Source of the DNA: Catajapyx aquilonaris
Taxonomy: Eukaryota
Reading direction: 5' to 3'
Length of the DNA: 64,000 nucleotides
NCBI GenBank assembly: GCA_000934665.2
Contig: KZ538008.1
Coordinates: 62,001 to 126,000 of the forward strand
The translations under genes and the position numbers were made by a program. Below the pieces are notes generated by a model. The model saw only the letters and a program-made list of their open reading frames with translations. It was not told the DNA's origin and searched no databases. Numbering within the stretch: the stretch's first letter is position 1; each line of letters starts with the position of its first letter. Below are positions 53,070 through 64,000 of the stretch, piece after piece.

Positions 53070-54580
53070 TGGAAATTGCTTCAAATGCCTGTTAGGATCT
53101 GAAGGGCTTGGAATTATATTTAGGCAGAAGCACTATTACTATGGCATATTGCAGGCATGGAAATGCAAGGCATTTCTAATTGCGCAGGCATTCGTGCTGA
53201 GACGTTCAGGCATCGCTCAATTAAAACTCAGCTAACTCTGTAATATTCGCCAAATATTCGCGGCGAATTTATTATACAGTTAGGCCTATAATACAATTAG
53301 TTACACCACATGTAGAATTACGGATAGTCCCATTGTCACTATAGCTCTTCAGCTTCCTTATTTCCTTTACCCTATGCCCTATGGCATCAAGAGGGGCATT
53401 AATTCAAGTGCTGTGTACTGAAAAGCAGCACTTGACCATTTAATTACACGAGAGATATCCTCTTATGTTGCACCGAACGAGTTAAAGCTAAAAGCTCTTT
53501 CTTCCCAAACGATTCGTTATTTAACTACTTTCTCCAACTTCAACATGCATAATTCCTTATGAACGACATTTCCGGTGCTCCCTCCCTTGTCTAAAGCAGC
53601 AACCACTGTACGCCAGTGCAATGGCATTTAATCAGCTTTCTAATTTCCAGAGAGACTCGAATTTTTAACCCCAGTTCTGAGCCGCCAGAGATAATTTTAT
53701 ATCCCAGTTGGACAAGGCGACAAACGAACTGGGACAGCTTCTTTCTTGTGGTGATTCTTCATTCTGTTCTCGTCTCTCATCAAAATCTTTCTAATTCAAC
53801 TTTAGCAAGGGAGGGCGCGCACAGGGCTGGTTGAATGCAGTGAGAAATTCGCACGGCCAGCACAAAAGAGGCACAAAAACACGTCTACTGTTGCAGCAGC
53901 CGCCGGGAGAGGAGAAAATGTCGCTGAAATATATTCTAGTCTTGACACAGAAACAATCGGTGTATATTCCCGGTCTCTTTTTTCGTACTGCGGATATTGT
54001 ATGTGTGCTCCAGTTTGGTGCGAAAAACGTGGCAGAACGGTGAATTTCCCACGCTTTGAAGATTACCGAGCGGAAGCGTAATTATGAGTAATGACTGTGT
54101 AGTTGCATTGAAAACCCAAGCTCGCCACATTTGCAATTTGCATCATGACGGCATAGCCAATTCCGATGTCCGTGAAAACAGATCCCCACGTGAAAAAAAT
54201 TCGCAGATACGTAACATCTATTAATTCGTCCAAAAAACTGAAATATGCAAAAAAAAATAACCGCTAGTATTTAATTTAACTAATGATAAAAGCCACACAA
54301 GTGACAGGTCGGCCTCCCACCTCTTTGAGCATATTTGGGCTTGTATTTCATATCCAGCGCGATGTTACAGCACTTCAAACGCAATGAAACTGTTTTTATA
54401 AAGCGATCCAGCCTTTTCCCCTTCCTCATTCCAACGCACGCGAGCTGGCAAAACATTTACGCAGACTAGAAAGGTGTATAAAAATAAAATGCCAATCTCC
54501 GGACGGCCAAGCGCTGGTCGGACAGCCCGAAATGATGCCGCCCCGGAACTCATTAGGATGCGTCAAAAGTGCCAGCTTGG
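53070..54580 (+). mobile_element. pol: R25: decayed Ty3/gypsy pol relic RT-RNaseH-(integrase)
   Basis: QMPVRI*RA (~MPFGL.NA), TPVLS. VECSEKFARPAQKRH (~VAYFSKKL.PAQ.NY), GAKNVAER*IS (~G.KN.VAD.LS), CVKS. Confidence 0.45.
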
Positions 54581-56229
54581 ACCGCACTGCACCCCAGCCA
54601 TACCCAACCCCCGACCTTTCCATGCCATACCCATTTCTAATAACCATTAAAAGTGAAAAATGGCTCGGGTTTTCCATGCACCAGGAAAGGCACTTTACAA
54701 TCCCATTTCTTAGGAGGACTAATCTTGATTCTTTGTCGCTTCCCCCACTGCACCCGACAACTTCCACAATCCGAACAGCTCGTGTCCGGAGTATTACTGT
54801 TTCGCCTCGGCTGCTTGGGTATATGGCAGCAGAAGGGGGGCAACCGCATTTTCAATTACGGAAGGCGTTCGCCAAATATATTGCGAAATTCTGCCGGTCA
54901 GTGAGTGGAATAAGGGTCGGGAGTTACTGCTCATGGCATGAATATTGCGTACAGAATGTAATATATCTTCGGGAGCAGGCGGTTCTGAATTATTAAGCAG
55001 CCGATTGCGCGTAATGATCCAATAAATATCAAAGACGACTAGCTGCTTTTTAAACTCTCACTTTGTGCTGTACAGCTTACGAGTTAAATTAAAATTGAAA
55101 AGGCACCGTTTAAAAACTGATGTTCTGCACAACTACAGTGTGAGTAACAAATTAAATTACGCCAAATGATTATTCACGCACTTGCCCCCTAACAATGTAC
55201 AGTACAAACTGACTCACACGAAATCCAATTACGCCATGCCTACCATTACCTCAGAATATATAGCACCCTCACAAAGTCTTTGTTATAGTTACACTGCGTA
55301 ATTTTTAGAGTATAGGTGTTGACACGATGACGTCACTACGATTCTCTGGTTATATCAATAATAGCTTATGTGCCTATAAGGGATTGGCCCATAAATTAAA
55401 ATTGGCGTAAACATCAGTTTGTGATGCCACACATGGTACACAATTTATTAATGAGGATTTGGAAAGCAGTACCCACCCATCCCTTCTCACAACATTTTAG
55501 CTCTCTAAACACGACAAGAATAGCAAAATAGGTGGATCAGTGAATCCCGTCAACCGGATTGTCATTGACATACATCATTGGTAACTAATAGTTGGGTGAA
55601 TTATAAGCAGTTTTAATGACAGCAGTGTACAATCCCTTCAATTTTGCCTCGTCCAGTATATATTTCATTTGAAAATAGCACCAAACGCAATAGTTGCAGG
55701 ATTAATCGCATTCAGCCCCTAAATTGCGGTTACCAGCATTGGGTTAACGATCATATTAATGCAAATGAATATTAAATGCCGCTAATGACCCCCTACTGTC
55801 GTACCCGAAAGTAACGCACCGATTACTATCACGCCTCTGCTGTTGGGCCCCGAATATTGACCATAAAGTTTAGCTCCCCGTAAATTAGATTATTGACAAG
55901 CACGACGAATTAATTTTCATCGCCAGCCCAAACAACCTTCGGGTCTTCCGGGAATGAGTCATGGTCTTGATTTGTAATTAACCATGCCAAAAGCGACATA
56001 CATCAGATATGCAAGTATTTATATACAGTACTCCTAATGCCCCTTAATATATCAGCAACCGTACAAACTGCACGATTTTATTTTACAACACCTTATAGGT
56101 ATTTACACAATCTGCACATTATTATCATTGATAGTGCATAGCAGATGTTACATGAGCCACATGATATGTCTATCCTTTGTTCTGAAAACATGCGTAATTA
56201 GCCCAACAATGTCAACATGTATACACTCA

Positions 56230-57630
56230 CATCAATGTCATCACGAGTGTTGACAACTTTGCTCTTTTACCACCTCATTCACGTACCATTTGGACGTCCT
56301 CTGTTGGAATACCCTGCATTTCTGGTAACACAAGCACCACCTACTCGACCTACATTACGCCACCAAAATAAATTATTCGCCAGAAGGCAAACCCCACAAA
56401 AACGGTGTTCAAAAATTCCATGGAAATTCGAGTCCTTTCCCGAGTTTACATACGGCGGCCCTTTCACCAGGAGGGGGTGAGACACCTTTTCATCTGATCC
56501 TTAAAAGCGAAGAAAAATGTCCTCGCCAGGAAAACACGGCTTAGCACGTGCAGTAAGATGGAACGCTCCCGCTCTTTATAAATGCAGGAACACCTGCATC
56601 ATCACCTCGCCCACAATTCATCTGGCGTGAAATATGAGATAATTTTCTTCTGTCGGCTAGGGCGGGGGCACAATCTAACGGTGGGACCCTCGCGGCACAT
56701 GAAATGGTGCATGGTCCAAATCTGGAGTGAGGGTTCCGCGACCATTGGTAGTCTTCCAGGCTTCTCTCCCGCGATTATTTATGGAAGGCGGATGCTGCCG
56801 GGTGCATCTGCTGCTTGTGCCGCGAATAAATATCTCCCGGGGAGCAAGAGCCGTCGGCCAGATTGTAAAATGCGAGGGAGACTCCCAATAATTGCAGGCA
56901 CATTCTGCATGCCATTTTTAATTATCTTATAGTCGGCATGCAAGTCGCGTCGATCATGCTGATCGATCGGTGGTATCCTCTGATTTTCATACACAAGGAG
57001 AGTACCGGTACACTTAGGATGCACCATGACACAGTGTTGGTACTGCTAGCAACATTTTTGCAGACATTCAAATCGAAGTAATAGAGTGCGAGCCATGCGA
57101 GTAAGAAGAGGTAGGCCTTGAGTGACGTCGCCAACTGGGGGGCAATGGAGAAAAGGATTGTCCCCCAGCTAGTGACGTCACCCAAGGGCTACCATTTCTC
57201 GCTCGGCTCGCACTCTATCACTTCAATTTGCAAGTCTGTCCCATTGGAAAATGTCGCTATAGCAGTATATGACGGAATTTATGTCCAGCACTGTACTTAG
57301 GATGCATCAGTTCGATGTTACACGACTTGCAACCCAGAAAAATGGCCTAGTCAGTTAACTCCCCAGGGTGGCCAGTTGAGCATACCCAAGAGAGTCAACT
57401 GACCACTCCATTTTTCTGCGCGCGGTTGTGTTCTCCAAATTGGGTTGACATTACCATCCATAACATGTGATTAGAATTTACGCACAAGTTGATAGCATGC
57501 GTATGTCAATTACTGCGACAGAAAAACATTGCTAGAGCAAGCAGGTCGTCGGTTCAAAAATACCAAATAACGTTGTGTCCCCATTACCTACGTGACAGTT
57601 TAATCCGGGCGACGAAGGAACAAGTGCCAT
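56230..57630 (+). mobile_element. pol: R26: decayed Ty3/gypsy pol relic RT-RNaseH-integrase
   Basis: FYHLIHVPFG (~LYEYLVMPFG), CSK, LKAKK/C, IWSE, PGAS, GRLPIIA. RWYPLI, FLQTF..*ALS, RIVP..YH..GSH..YVQHC, QVDSMRM, LP..GDEGT. Confidence 0.6.
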
Positions 57631-57789
57631 GCAGTTCAATTTATTGCCGTCACGTCAACGACTGACTGACATTTTTCAGAGGTATCAAAGTTGAATAGCA
57701 CAATCGAAACTGAGGAAGGGGGGGGGGAATCAAGCGNAAGCTCATAAATCTCAAGCGTCGCAAAAGAGAGACGGGGCGGAATTAGTCAT

Positions 57790-59690
57790 CCACAAAAACC
57801 GCAACTTTTGCAACGTAAATAAAACCGTTCATCACGATACGGTAATTCTCTGCAGAATACCACGCGGATGATTACTCATTATTCAAAGTCAGTCTTCCGC
57901 CATGATGTAATTTGGGGAATATTTGGATTTCATCTCTTTGTGGTTGTGGTAGTATTGCGCTACATAAAAAATGATTGATGATGGGATGTAAAAATAAAGT
58001 CATAATCTCCATTTTTGCAACGGACCTGACAGGATAGAATCTGGTCTCTAATATGCGTTCATGTGGAGTTTATGTTGGGATTACCATGAAAAGTCCTCAT
58101 TACAGTGCAAATCATGTCTAATGCGATAAGAGCTTGATAAATATCACAGCTGAAGCCCGAGCAACACACTTGACAAAACGGCTGCTCTAAGGAATCAATC
58201 AGTCTTCCGCAGAATCAACGTTGGATATAAAAGTGATCAGTATAACTAAACGCAACATTCATCTCAGTTACACCAAAATAAGTATGAATCACACCGCATG
58301 TCCCTTATACTGCATATACACACAAAGCGCACTTGTATATATCGAGCAATCACACTTCTTCCTGAAAAGTAGAGAATTTCCTTCCGACGCATTGTGCCTC
58401 GTACTATATACGACAATGAGCCGCCCCATCCACCACATACTATCGACAGCTACACAATCCCAGTGCCAGTTCCGCTGAGAGTCCTCTGAGTTCAACTGAA
58501 TATAGCTAGCTGCTTTTAGGAACTGTTCCCATTCCTCAGGCTCATCAACTACTCCAATCCCGAAGTCACGGGGCTTGGACGACAACTTTTCACTGACAAA
58601 GGGGCTTTAATTGCTGGATCGGTGCAACAGCCGGGAATAAAATGAGAGCTAGTTAGGCGCAAGACCTCCCTCTCCCATAGTCCCCCAGAATTTCACGGTT
58701 CGCTGAAGCAACGTGAATTCGGTGGTCAACAGGCACGAGAGCTTCGCGATGACCGGACTTGCCGCAAACTTTCTCTTTGCCCTAAATTAGGAGCTGCCGC
58801 AGTAGCGTTGCATAACATGCGGCTGTGTCACCTTCATCAGGCAATGCCCAAAAGCAGAATGCTACTGATAACCATCCCCAGAACTGCGTCTAACACAGCT
58901 GTGTAAATCATTCCCTCAGGTTCATCTATCCAGCTAAAACAAGTTGGAACTGCAATATGAAAAAGGGAGGATGAAATCAACACTGAAACACAAATTAAAG
59001 CAAGTATCGCGACTGTTTAGCAGACAAAGCGAGGTTGTATAAGTAAATAAATTTTCGCCGCTTCTCGCTTCGTAACCTACTACTCTAGTCATTAACAGAA
59101 TAAAAGGGGAAGACTCTCCCATAATAGCCGAGACGAGGGCTCCAGCGAAACAATTTCTGAGAGTAAATGGAAAACGCCTACAATACTCCTTTTCTCCTTC
59201 ACGTTCGGGGAATAATGATTATGCGAACTGCACAGAATGTCGCCTTAGCTAAAATAAAATAAGGGCCATTTAAAGGCCGGATATGATACTCCAGTCGGTC
59301 TCACTATCGTTGACAAAGAGATCCGGATAAGGTATATCTCGGGATATAAGGTCGTAATTGCTTTCTAGGGTTCCAACTACTGACAATGAAGAATTCAGCA
59401 ATCACCTTACAGAAGATGAAAGAAAACTGACAATAGAACCTGAAGTCCGTATCCATCATCAAAATGATGCTTGAATCATGTCAAGTCTTGTATATCAAGG
59501 TGATTTTTGGTACACCTCAAATGAATTCAATTGCACTTGATATTTGATACCAGTTACTGGATATATTGCAAGTGGGCTTTTCAAATGCAGATAGCAGCGC
59601 TGTCACTGGACCCAGAAGTTGCAAACTATTATGTATGGTAACATCCATTTACGGAACGATTCCCATCAACTCGTCCCTCTACATCAGTAC
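57790..59690 (-). mobile_element. pol: R27: decayed Ty3/gypsy pol relic PR-RT-RNaseH-integrase with internal deletions
   Basis: PR: VEGRVDG..TSGSS, IILMMD (~IILGMD). RT: TCFN..ILPFSYC, AVLDAVL. RNaseH: PFVSE..DFGIGVV..LNS..QRN..CVAV, MGRLIVVY..H. Integrase: YFGVT, HFY, SCDIYQ at 58134-58151 (~SCDICQ), IPT*TPHERI, IINHF, GILQRI/YRDERF (~GIP.RI.SDRDPRF). Confidence 0.75.
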
Positions 59691-61609
59691 GTTATATAGC
59701 TCCTGTGAAGACCTCACTTGAACACAACCCTGTTGGCCACCAGTTGTGTAGGCCTACAGTGTGAGGTTAGCCCGCGGCTTCAAAATGGCGGTCCGGCCTA
59801 AAATCTCCCCGCCAGAATTTTGTTTCATGCAAACGAACCGGGCGTCCATTTAGGCCGAATGGCGTTCCCCCTGAAGTTAAACATACACAAACGGGTTCCA
59901 GATCATCATGCGTTGCAGCCTCGGCTGCATAAATTAAGCACAGGGTGCAAATATTTCATTACTACTGGCACGAACGCTTTCAAGTCCTGTCGATGTAATT
60001 CGAAAGGGCGCCCCACCTAAAACTTTGGTGAAAATCCTAGACCGGACCTTTCCGCTTAAGCGCATCCACTTCCACGCCCTCCCTCAAAATAAATCAACAC
60101 TATTACACTAAACTACACAACCACAGTAGCCAAGTGATTTCAGGAGTTGGAAACTTTTAATGAAATTATACCAGACTGCGGAAAGCTGCTCTAAAATATC
60201 GATTCCGTGCGTTGGCCATCATTTTAATTAAATACAAGGCCTTGCCTTCCGGTATAAAAGCAATGTAATCACCATTTTTTCCCACCGCCATCTGATCCTC
60301 CACTCGGGTGTGATGGCTTTTCGTTAAAAAAAATCGCTACTTGTGAAATTAACTGATTTGCAGCCGAAAGATATGCACCATAAAGATTTGGCGATGGCCG
60401 AGACCGCGATATCGCAGCGCCTGTTACCATGTTTACGGCCCGTCTGATTAGAACACTTTTTCGCTATCTTGCAGAGATATAGGGCCACCAAAAAATTTAC
60501 TCTATATATGCCCCCCTATTTAACTCAATTCATCACCCCTAGACTCAGAATTGGCTACCCCCTCCCATCAAGTCGCACTAGTCGTAATAAATTACAGAAT
60601 TCATCCGGACCCTCCGACCATTAAACGAATTCTCAATTATCCTCTGGATCCTTATTTTTCGCCTTTAAGCGAAAAGCTTGTGTCAGCAGTTCAACCTGTC
60701 GCTGCGATCTCGCCTGCAATTTCCCGGAATTTATCCCTCCGTTTTCTCCTCAGCACTGGGGAGCCATAATAAAAGAACCGCAGTCGCGCGATTTTTAAGA
60801 ACACTTCACACCAGCTTCCTTTTACGTAGCGCTTCCTTTCATCAGACCCGGGCTCTCATCACAATTTGCCCCCGCCTAAACGAGGATGGGGGCCAAGTGC
60901 TACTAGTTAATGGAAATCTCCGAACAAGCGTTTTCTGAGGAGCACTCTGTTTTACCCCCGTGCAACAGCCCAGCTTAGTAAAATTAGGACAGAGCATTTG
61001 CCGCGTCAGTCCTCTAACCCTCAGACCCCCTTGACTCCTTGGATATGTCGCATAATTCCTGGTTTAGGGAAGAGGGGAGGTGGTGGAGGTGGGGGGTGGG
61101 CTCGGTCAAATCAGCACTTGGCCCTAGATGGGCACAGGTCCATTCGGATAATTAATTCGGGGAATTCCTTAATTCAATCCTATAGCCTAATCTCAGTACA
61201 GGCGGCTTTCAATTCCAGTCAATCCAGACCAGTGAATAACTGAATCATTCATTGCAATTCCGTGGTCCCGAATTCACTCCGGTTCGAATTGATTTGCGCC
61301 GCAGAAGGGTTATAAATATTTCCAAAGCAGTAAAGGCGTATTTGTAACCCTAGTCAACTTTGATAGAACGAATCTCAGGAAAAACAGCTTGGGCAATTGC
61401 AGGCCACAGATGTCAGTTTTACACACAATTTTTTGTACTCTGCAAATATTGTTGGCTATGCCTTGTTTTATTTATATAGGTCTGCTCTTCATATTCATTG
61501 GGAACCGGAGGAAATTAGCTTTCAAATTCAACAGCACAATACTGCAACATTTGGATGATGCGCACCTTCTCTTCCGGTGGTCATTAATAAGTTAATCAGC
61601 AATGACATC

Positions 61610-63820
61610 GCCTAAATTTGTGGATACGGCCATAAGTAACCCATACGTAATGAATACCCTGGTAGACAGTTCGTGCTAATTGTGACGCAATATTAAATTT
61701 ACAATATTCAGTTTTGAAAGTTAATGGATTAGTAACCGCCAGAAAATCTGGACACAATAGCCCTTTGCCAACTATTGAATAACGACCAAACACGTCGTGG
61801 CAGTTAAATTGCCACTCTGTAATACCATAATGCCTCCACAACTTGTTACGTCCATCACTATAGTGTGAATGTACAAATCCATACTACGATTGCATATAAC
61901 ACCACAGGAGCATTGCACATCGCTAACTGCACGTCTTCCCTTCTCGAAAATTAGCGTCATATTGACTCCTCATGACTCACACGCAAGCACACAAAATCCT
62001 GCTACACCCGACGTAACCGAGCTCACAGAACAACCTCTTGTTTGCACTTCAAGTTTATCCACGGGGCTGCAAAACGGTACACAGACTAAACAAACAACAA
62101 GGCAGTCTCATTCCTCCCATTCCACAAACGTAATGAGATTTCTCTATTCCCGCACGCTCTTTACATACACATGCACATTTATGCACAAAGGCTCGATAGC
62201 GCTACCATCCTCCTATCTAACTCCCTCACCGTCACACGTTCCAACACAACAATTTGCTTCGGGAGGACATTCATGCATATTTCATGGGAGTCATCGAGCT
62301 TTTCATGCGCTTTGACCTGAGATTCTCACGTCCACCTAGCGATACCTGAGAGCATCCGAGATCTTCGACACCAGGCAGGTCTGGTGCAAACAAGAGTCCA
62401 AATCCTTCACCAAGTACGACCTTTTATTACCAGAATACAAGCGGCATTACAAATCTTCCGAGTAACAATAGGAATTACAAAAGGATTCTCTCCAAAATGA
62501 ATAGGCGCTATCTCGACGACTCCACTCTTCGCTCAACATGGTGTGCAACATCCCACCTTGGTCTTCAAGATATCCTACGACACTAGGATGCCTCCAGACC
62601 AAGCATCACGCATGCGTCTTTTGGGATCAATTCCTCTGCTCTCATTCATTCGAAGAATGTGCTAGAGGATTCCCATGTTTCCACAGCGTTCCCATCGCAA
62701 TTTCGCCAACTATAACTTGAGTAGGTTGATGGGTGTTTTATAGCCTCGAAAGAGCGTAGATTTACATTCAGAAGGCGAAATAGGAAAGCCATGCATTTCT
62801 TCATACGGGATACCAGGGACAATCTAACTAGAAGGAACGGTGGCCGTAAAACCTCGGCTATGCAGCCGTTCCCCCTGCATACCAGTTTGCATAAAATGTC
62901 ATTATTATGTGCTTGCTTCGCCAAGCCGCAGAGTTTGGATCCGTCGTTTAATCAAATTATTAATACTAGTGCGCGCTTTTTTAGGAGCCATACATACAAA
63001 TTTCTTGCTTCCTGATCAGACTATTATGCACCCTCTCAGGGGTACAGGACTCATATTGCAAGGAAAGCCTACCCCAAGGGAAGAAAGTAGCATGAACCGA
63101 CTAACAATGATCCAACTTGTACACTTGCAGCTGATTGCCGGACACTGCCAACTGCGTAATCGTTGACCCAATACGAATAAAAAATGTAGTGAGAAGGTGA
63201 AAAGCTGGGATTCTCCACTATACTCAACACCTTCTATTACCGACTGGTATATTTAATAATTTTGTGAAAAGCCCATTTTAGAGTGAAGGCATGCAAACTA
63301 GCCTATAGTTAGGCACAAAGCTAATATGTATATTGACACAAGCTCGCATCAAAAGGCTTCATTGTTAATACGGTGCATTTTTTATATTCATATCACTGCC
63401 TTTAATTTCGGTCCGGGTCATCCGCTACGTCCCCATAAAAAAATACAATTACGCCCACATTACGCCCCTGGCAAATACATTCAGAATCAATCAGCCCGTT
63501 AAAAAAAAATAATAATAACGGCATCCATCTACCCAGTTTTCAGAGCAGAAGTACACGTTTATGAAAAATCCTCCAGCGTCGCATAATTGAAAGGCGAAAT
63601 TAACTCTTCAAACAATGCCACTAACGCCGCCTGACATTTTCGCCGGGCCTGGTCCATCACAGCAGACGTAGCAGCCTTTGAAAATAGGCAATACCTCCAA
63701 GCGAAACAAACTTGGCTTGAAAACGGTAATAGGAAAACAAGCCGGTCAATTTGGCACACGACATCATCAACTTTGATGTTACTGCACTACCGATTGCCTC
63801 CTGATGCCATAACAATGGCC
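61610..63820 (+). mobile_element. pol: R28: decayed Ty3/gypsy pol relic PR-RT-RNaseH-integrase (best preserved; YLDD intact)
   Basis: PR: FVDTAIS (D at 61623). RT: RQSHSSHS, NSLTV, LFMRFDLR, SGITNLPS, YLDD at 62509-62520, SFG. RNaseH: VLASP, INTS at 62959-62970 (~TDAS by three transitions), LGAI, HPL, KPTPREE, KANMYIDTSSH (~KANVVADALSR). Integrase: NRQYL, AGQFGTR. Motif spacing is close to that of intact gypsy pol. Confidence 0.8.
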
Positions 63821-64000
63821 GTATGATCCATACACTCCATTTTCGTGCCGGATAATGCCCCACAACCGCTTTTTACGCCGCACAATTATGATTTTACCGC
63901 ACACATCCCTACTGCATAAGTAACCCGTGTCGGTCTCGTTCCAGGCTCTCTCTCTTTTTTTTTAAACAAAAAATCTGGTCCGCCCAAAGACCTCCCGGAT

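Noticed and set aside
59260..59700. Apparent + strand two-exon pseudogene (GYDTPVG..EDERKL..)
   Set aside because: The opposite strand carries protease-like motifs (VEGRVDG, IILMMD) at the position expected for R27. The + frame has several stops and is best explained as an antisense shadow.
191..63863. The supplied ORFs as functional CDS
   Set aside because: All are 171 aa or shorter and many use non-ATG starts. Those with recognisable content are fragments of frameshifted pol relics. No intact host or transposon gene is supported.

Overview
Eukaryotic-looking DNA with no intact gene, RNA gene, CRISPR array or recognisable LTR pair. The provided ORFs are short and mostly chance or broken frames. 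Translating by hand across stops (*) and frameshifts (/) shows the window is a densely packed set of about 28 very old, heavily mutated Ty3/gypsy retrotransposon pol relics (R1-R28). Where several domains survive they keep the gypsy order PR-RT-RNaseH-integrase. Together they cover about two-thirds of the 64 kb. About 21 lie on + and 7 on -, in long same-orientation blocks. Many sit head-to-tail with gaps of only a few hundred bp, too short to hold LTR+gag+protease. The units do not look like copies of one another. The main hypothesis is a pol-enriched, strand-biased retroelement archive, such as a flamenco-like small-RNA source locus; the alternative is an old heterochromatic graveyard shaped by deletion. 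All motif matches were made by eye against remembered consensus motifs and no database search was run. Boundaries are approximate (about +/-100-200 bp) and the host cannot be identified from this window.
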